Source: Intestinibacter sp. | GTDB taxonomy: Bacteria > Bacillota > Clostridia > Peptostreptococcales > Peptostreptococcaceae | Direction of reading: 5' to 3' | Assembly (NCBI RefSeq): GCF_022780145.1 | Contig: NZ_JALEXO010000340.1 | Span: forward strand, 1 to 44,070 | DNA: 44,070 bases | In this document: positions 39,729 through 44,070 of the stretch, one piece after another | How the letters are laid out: each line of letters starts with the position of its first letter | Numbering within the stretch: position 1 is the stretch's first letter | Made by a program: the position numbers and the translations under genes | The notes under the pieces: model-generated | The model's database searches: none | Told to the model about the DNA's origin: nothing | The model's input: only the letters and a program-made list of their open reading frames with translations

Positions 39729-40299
39729 TTTGGATACAGAAAAGATAATAGAACAATTAAAAAAAATGTTAAAGCCCAAAAGATTAAAGCATTCTATAAA
39801 TGTAGCAAATTGTGCAGTAAAGTTAAGTGAAATATACGGATGCGATAAAGATAAGGCTTATTTAGCAGGGCTTGTACACGACTGCGCAAAATATTTTACA
39901 AAGGATGAAATTGAAGCATATGTCAAAAAATACGATATAGTATTAGATCCTATGGAGGTAGATAATATAGCTTTATCTCACAGCGTTATTGGATCTTATG
40001 TTATTCAAGATGTATTTAACATAAAGGATGTGGATATAATAAATGCAGTGAGATATCATACTACTGGAAGGGAAAATATGACAATATTAGAAAAGGTAAT
40101 ACTCATGGCCGATATGATTGAAGAAGGTAGAGATTTTCCTGGAGTAGATTATCTTAGAGAATTATCTTTTGGAGGACAATTAAATAAGGCTCTAATTGAT
40201 TCATTTAACAACACGATAAAATTTGTTATAGAAAACGACCAATTAATTCATCTAAGAAGTATAAGTGCCAGAAATTATCTTATGCAAGAAAATCGTTAA
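39721..40299 (+). CDS. yqeK: HD-domain Ap4A hydrolase YqeK
   Basis: R..HS, AGLVHDCAK, AVRYHTTG, AD.IE.GR; follows nadD; start at 39709 or 39721. Confidence 0.92.
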   Translation: MNSLDTEKIIEQLKKMLKPKRLKHSINVANCAVKLSEIYGCDKDKAYLAGLVHDCAKYFTKDEIEAYVKKYDIVLDPMEVDNIALSHSVIGSYVIQDVFNIKDVDIINAVRYHTTGRENMTILEKVILMADMIEEGRDFPGVDYLRELSFGGQLNKALIDSFNNTIKFVIENDQLIHLRSISARNYLMQENR

Positions 40300-40369
40300 A
40301 TTTATTGGTTCAAGTCGAATATTATGATATAATTAATAAATATGTTATTTTTTATGAAAGAGAGGTAAA

Positions 40370-40723
40370 TTGATGACAGTTGAACAAATGGTAAAAGTTG
40401 CATACGACGCAATTGATGATAAATTAGGTCAAGATATAGCGATTATTAATATAGGAAAAGTTTCTAGTCTTTGTGATTACTTCGTAATAGCTACAGGTTC
40501 TTCAGCTAGACAAGTAAAGGCAATAGCTGATAGCGTACAAGATGCGTTAACTGAACAAGGTATAGAACCAAGAGCTAAAGAAGGATATGAAACACAAAGC
40601 TGGATATTACTTGATTATGGAGATATAATAGTCCACATATTTGATGAAGAAAATAGAGGATTTTATAACCTTGAAAAATTATGGAAAGATGCTCCATATG
40701 TAGATGTTGACACTTTAAACTAA
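40370..40723 (+). CDS. rsfS: Ribosome silencing factor
   Basis: DDKLGQDI, DYFVIATG, WILLDYGDIIVHIF, R.FYNLEKLW. Confidence 0.96.
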   Translation: MMTVEQMVKVAYDAIDDKLGQDIAIINIGKVSSLCDYFVIATGSSARQVKAIADSVQDALTEQGIEPRAKEGYETQSWILLDYGDIIVHIFDEENRGFYNLEKLWKDAPYVDVDTLN

Positions 40724-40735
40724 AAATGATAATAT
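40707..40735 (+). promoter_or_regulatory. SigA promoter of leuS leader
   Basis: TTGACA-17 nt-TAATAT with extended -10 TG; -35 lies inside the rsfS 3' end. Confidence 0.75.
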
Positions 40736-40774
40736 ATTGAATTATAGCGAAATTTCAAAATTTTTATCAAATAA

Positions 40775-40990
40775 ACTAAAGTAGTAGGCGACTAGATTAT
40801 TTATTCAGAGAGCTAATGGTAGGTGTGAATTAGTTAAATAATATTGCTGAACTTGTTAGTATCAAATTATTTGGCCGTGGTTGGCTTATAGACCATCTAA
40901 GTGAGTCTTTTTAGGCTAATTAGGGTGGTACCGCGAAGAATATATATCCTCGTCCCTAAACAAATTCTGTTTAGGAACGAGGATTTTTGT
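40775..40990 (+). ncRNA. T-box riboswitch (Leu)
   Basis: AGTA, AGAGA, GGTGTGAA, GAA-CTT-G specifier (40852-54), T-box AGGGTGGTACCGCG (40922-35), CGTCCCT antiterminator arm, terminator 40946-40990. Confidence 0.93.
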
Positions 40991-41103
40991 ATTTTATAAA
41001 ATATTTTTATAGCCACAAAATTATAAATTAATAGGTATATTTTCTTATGAATAAATTTGATAATAAATGAGAGATTTATTAAGCACAATTAGGAGGTAAG
41101 ACA

Positions 41104-43524
41104 ATGAGCGTTTACAATTTTAAAAAAGTAGAAGCTAAATGGCAAAAAAAATGGGAAGAAACAAACCAATATAAAACTGATACAAGAGATACTTCAAAAC
41201 CTTTATATTACACACTAGAAATGTTCCCATACCCATCAGGTAAAATACATATGGGTCACGTTAGAAACTATTCAATAGGTGACGTTGTAGCTAGATTTAA
41301 AAAAATGGAAGGATATAATGTATTGCATCCAATGGGATGGGATTCATTTGGACTTCCAGCAGAAAATGCAGCTATAAAACACGGAATACATCCAGCAAAA
41401 TGGACTTATGAAAACATCGACGATATGAAAAACCAATTAAAATTATTGGGACTTAGCTATGACTGGGAAAGAGAATTAGCTACATCCAATCCTGATTACT
41501 ACAAATTTACACAAGAAATATTCTTAAAATTCTTAGAAGCAGGACTTGCATATAAGAAAAAATCTTATGTAAACTGGTGTCCATCTTGTGAAACTGTTCT
41601 TGCAAATGAACAAGTTGTAGGTGGAAAATGTGAAAGATGTGACTCTACAGTAATCAAAAAAGAACTAGAACAATGGTATTTCAAAACTACTGAATTTGCA
41701 GAAGAATTACTACAAGGTTTAGATGAATTAGATGGTTGGCCTGAAAAAGTTAAAACAATGCAAAGAAACTGGATAGGAAAATCTCACGGTGCAGAATTAG
41801 TATTCGACATAGAAGGAACAGACGAAAAAATGGTAGTTTATACTACTAGACCTGACACTACTTACGGTGTTACTTTCATGTGTTTAGCTCCAGAAAGTCC
41901 ACTAGTTAAGGAATTAGTAGCTGGTACTGAATACGAAGAAGCTGTAAATGAATTCGTTCAAAAAATGCATACTAAGACTGAAATAGAAAGAACTGCTGCA
42001 GATGCTGAAAAAGAAGGTATGTTCATAGGTAAATATGTAATAAACCCAGTTAATGGTAAGAGAGTACCTCTTTGGATAGCAAACTACATCTTAATGGATT
42101 ATGGTACTGGTGCGATAATGGCGGTTCCAGCACATGATGATAGAGATAAAGCATTTGCTGAAAAATACAACCTTGACATAATACCAGTTATTGATGAAGA
42201 TGGTAAATTAATAAATTCAGAAGAATTCAACGGCTTAGATTACAAAACAGCTCAAGATAAAATAACTGAAAAATTAGCTAAAGAAGGAAGAGGTAAAAAG
42301 ACTGTTAACTACAGACTTAGAGACTGGTTATTATCTAGACAAAGATATTGGGGAGTTCCAATACCAGTAGTTTATTGTGAAGACTGTGGTATAGTTCCAG
42401 TAAACAAAGAAGATTTACCAATATTACTTCCAACAGATGTTGAATTCACAGGAAAAGGTGAATCTCCACTTACTACATCTAAGACTTTCGTAAATACTGT
42501 TTGTCCAAAATGTGGTAAACCAGCTACTAGAGATGTAGATACAATGGATACATTTGTCGACTCATCTTGGTACTTCTTAAGATATATAGACAACAAAAAC
42601 GAAGAAAAAATGTTCGATTCAGAATTAGTAAATAAATGGATGCCAGTAGATCAATACATCGGTGGTGTAGAACATGCTATAATGCATTTACTTTACGCTA
42701 GATTCTTCACAAAAGCATTGAAGAAAGTTGGAATGGTAGATTTCGACGAACCATTCAAAAACCTACTTACTCAAGGTATGGTATTAATGGATGGTAGCAA
42801 AATGAGTAAATCTAAAGGTAACACAGTATCTCCTCTTGAAATAATAGATGAATACGGTGCTGATACTGCTAGATTGTTCGTATTATTCGCTGCTCCACCA
42901 GAAAGAGACTTAGACTGGTCTGAACAAGGTGTTGAAGGATGCTTCAGATTCTTAAACAGAGTTTACAGATTAGTGGATGAATTAAAAGACATAGTAAAAT
43001 CTAACGCAGAAATAAAAGTATCAACTAAAGAAGATAAAGCTATGAGATATACTATACACTCTACACTTAAAAAAGTTACAGGTGAATTGAGTGAAAAATT
43101 CGGATTTAATACTGCTATAGCAGCATTAATGGAATTAATAAACGAAATGTACAAATACAAAGAATTAGATACTAGAAATGATGGAATAATCAAAGAAGGT
43201 ATCGAAACTATAATAACTATACTTGCTCCATTTACACCACATATGGGTGAAGAATTATGGGAAATGATAGGTAAAGAAGGCAGCATATTCGATATAAGCT
43301 GGCCAGAATACGATGAAAAAGCTCTAGTTAAGGACGAAATTGAAATAGTAGTTCAAGTTAACGGTAAAGTAAGAGCTAAATTAAGCATAGATGCAGATAT
43401 GTCTAAAGAAGATATGGAAAAAGCTGCTTTAGAAAATGAAAAAGTAAAAGCTTCTATAGATGGCAAAAATGTAGTTAAAGTTGTCGCTGTACCTAAAAAA
43501 TTAGTAAATATAGTTGTAAAATAA
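41104..43524 (+). CDS. leuS: Leucine--tRNA ligase
   Basis: MFPYPSG.IHMGH, TTRPDT editing domain, SRQRYWG, KMSKS. Confidence 0.98.
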   Translation: MSVYNFKKVEAKWQKKWEETNQYKTDTRDTSKPLYYTLEMFPYPSGKIHMGHVRNYSIGDVVARFKKMEGYNVLHPMGWDSFGLPAENAAIKHGIHPAKWTYENIDDMKNQLKLLGLSYDWERELATSNPDYYKFTQEIFLKFLEAGLAYKKKSYVNWCPSCETVLANEQVVGGKCERCDSTVIKKELEQWYFKTTEFAEELLQGLDELDGWPEKVKTMQRNWIGKSHGAELVFDIEGTDEKMVVYTTRPDTTYGVTFMCLAPESPLVKELVAGTEYEEAVNEFVQKMHTKTEIERTAADAEKEGMFIGKYVINPVNGKRVPLWIANYILMDYGTGAIMAVPAHDDRDKAFAEKYNLDIIPVIDEDGKLINSEEFNGLDYKTAQDKITEKLAKEGRGKKTVNYRLRDWLLSRQRYWGVPIPVVYCEDCGIVPVNKEDLPILLPTDVEFTGKGESPLTTSKTFVNTVCPKCGKPATRDVDTMDTFVDSSWYFLRYIDNKNEEKMFDSELVNKWMPVDQYIGGVEHAIMHLLYARFFTKALKKVGMVDFDEPFKNLLTQGMVLMDGSKMSKSKGNTVSPLEIIDEYGADTARLFVLFAAPPERDLDWSEQGVEGCFRFLNRVYRLVDELKDIVKSNAEIKVSTKEDKAMRYTIHSTLKKVTGELSEKFGFNTAIAALMELINEMYKYKELDTRNDGIIKEGIETIITILAPFTPHMGEELWEMIGKEGSIFDISWPEYDEKALVKDEIEIVVQVNGKVRAKLSIDADMSKEDMEKAALENEKVKASIDGKNVVKVVAVPKKLVNIVVK

Positions 43525-43546
43525 TTATAAAAATCAGCATATACAG

Positions 43547-43578
43547 AGGATGTTATGATATCGTAGCATCCTTTTTTT
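43547..43578 (+). terminator. leuS terminator
   Basis: AGGATGTTATGA/TCGTAGCATCCT followed by a T tract. Confidence 0.8.
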
Positions 43579-43620
43579 GTTAAATTAGGATAAAGATTTT
43601 CTCGTAAAAATATAAAAAAA

Positions 43621-43650
43621 GTATGATGAAAAATAAAATATGGGCAAACT
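43621..43650 (+). promoter_or_regulatory. Possible forespore SigF/SigG promoter
   Basis: GTATG-16 nt-GGGCAAACT resembles GYATA-N15-GGnnAnAnT. Confidence 0.35.
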
Positions 43651-43705
43651 AGAAATGAAATCGATTTTTAATGGATAAAATAATAGACAGAAAAGAGGTT
43701 TTAAA

Positions 43706-44070
43706 ATGAAAAAAATCCTTTACACTTTAGCTATTTTCTCATTTATAATAGGATTTTGTGGAGTTTGCATAGCTGATGATAAATCGGAGAAGGACGTCTC
43801 TTATGACAGCTATAAATACGATTATGAAGATATAATAATAAAAAAGGGAAATGAAAACGAAAAAGTTATCGCCTTGACTTTTGATGATGGTCCTGATGAA
43901 GTATTCACTCCTCAGGTTTTAGATATTTTAAAAAAATACAATGTAAAGGCGACCTTTTTTTTAATCGGAGAAAAAGTTCCATACAATAAAAAAATAGTAA
44001 AAAGAGAAAAAGAAGAAGGCCATGAAATCGGAAATCATACATTTACTCATATAAACGCATCTAAAAAAAC
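43706..44070 (+). CDS. Polysaccharide deacetylase (CE4/NodB), 3'-truncated; absent from the ORF track
   Basis: Own translation: MKKILYTLAIFSFIIGFCGVCIA..., IALTFDDGP, KATFFLIG, GHEIGNHTFTH. Confidence 0.92.
   Translation, partial: MKKILYTLAIFSFIIGFCGVCIADDKSEKDVSYDSYKYDYEDIIIKKGNENEKVIALTFDDGPDEVFTPQVLDILKKYNVKATFFLIGEKVPYNKKIVKREKEEGHEIGNHTFTHINASKK

Noticed and set aside
1754..43286. Many short ORF-track entries antisense to real genes (e.g. 1754-2014, 18811-19398, 34608-34928, 38471-38758, 42963-43286)
   Set aside because: Shadow ORFs inside well-supported genes, with no recognisable motifs.
43641..43670. GGCAAACTAGAAAT resembling the start of a c-di-GMP-I riboswitch
   Set aside because: Lacks the complementary arm and the following GACGCAAAG core; better explained as a sporulation-type -10 element.

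Overview
Low-GC chromosomal segment from a spore-forming Clostridia bacterium. Gene content and order resemble, from recall, the polA-to-leuS region of Peptostreptococcaceae such as Clostridioides, Terrisporobacter, Intestinibacter and Romboutsia. In order: 3' end of an FtsH-like M41 peptidase, tRNA-Leu(CAA), polA, coaE, lytic transglycosylase, orphan family-5 solute-binding lipoprotein, copZ with a CsoR-type operator, hypothetical/EEP/glyoxalase genes, SH3-NlpC/P60 hydrolase, SPOR-like protein, rnfCDGEAB, maf-radC-mreBCD-pbp2-minCDE-rodA, a radical-SAM pair, RNase E/G, L21 leader-rplU-prp-rpmA, obgE-yhbY, a ~5 kb block (rnz, DUF4846 lipoprotein, class V aminotransferase, ECF S component, unannotated 27-aa ORF, recX), nadD-yqeK-rsfS, T-box-leuS, and a partial CE4 deacetylase. 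I saw no CRISPR array, prophage or transposase. Best novelty candidates: (1) a pyridoxamine-pyruvate-aminotransferase-like enzyme next to a B6-type ECF S component, a putative vitamin B6 salvage module; (2) a 106-nt element between rpmA and obgE with two bulged hairpins whose four differences are all compensatory; (3) an unannotated small hydrophobic peptide after recX. All family assignments come from motif recognition and recall, not database searches.
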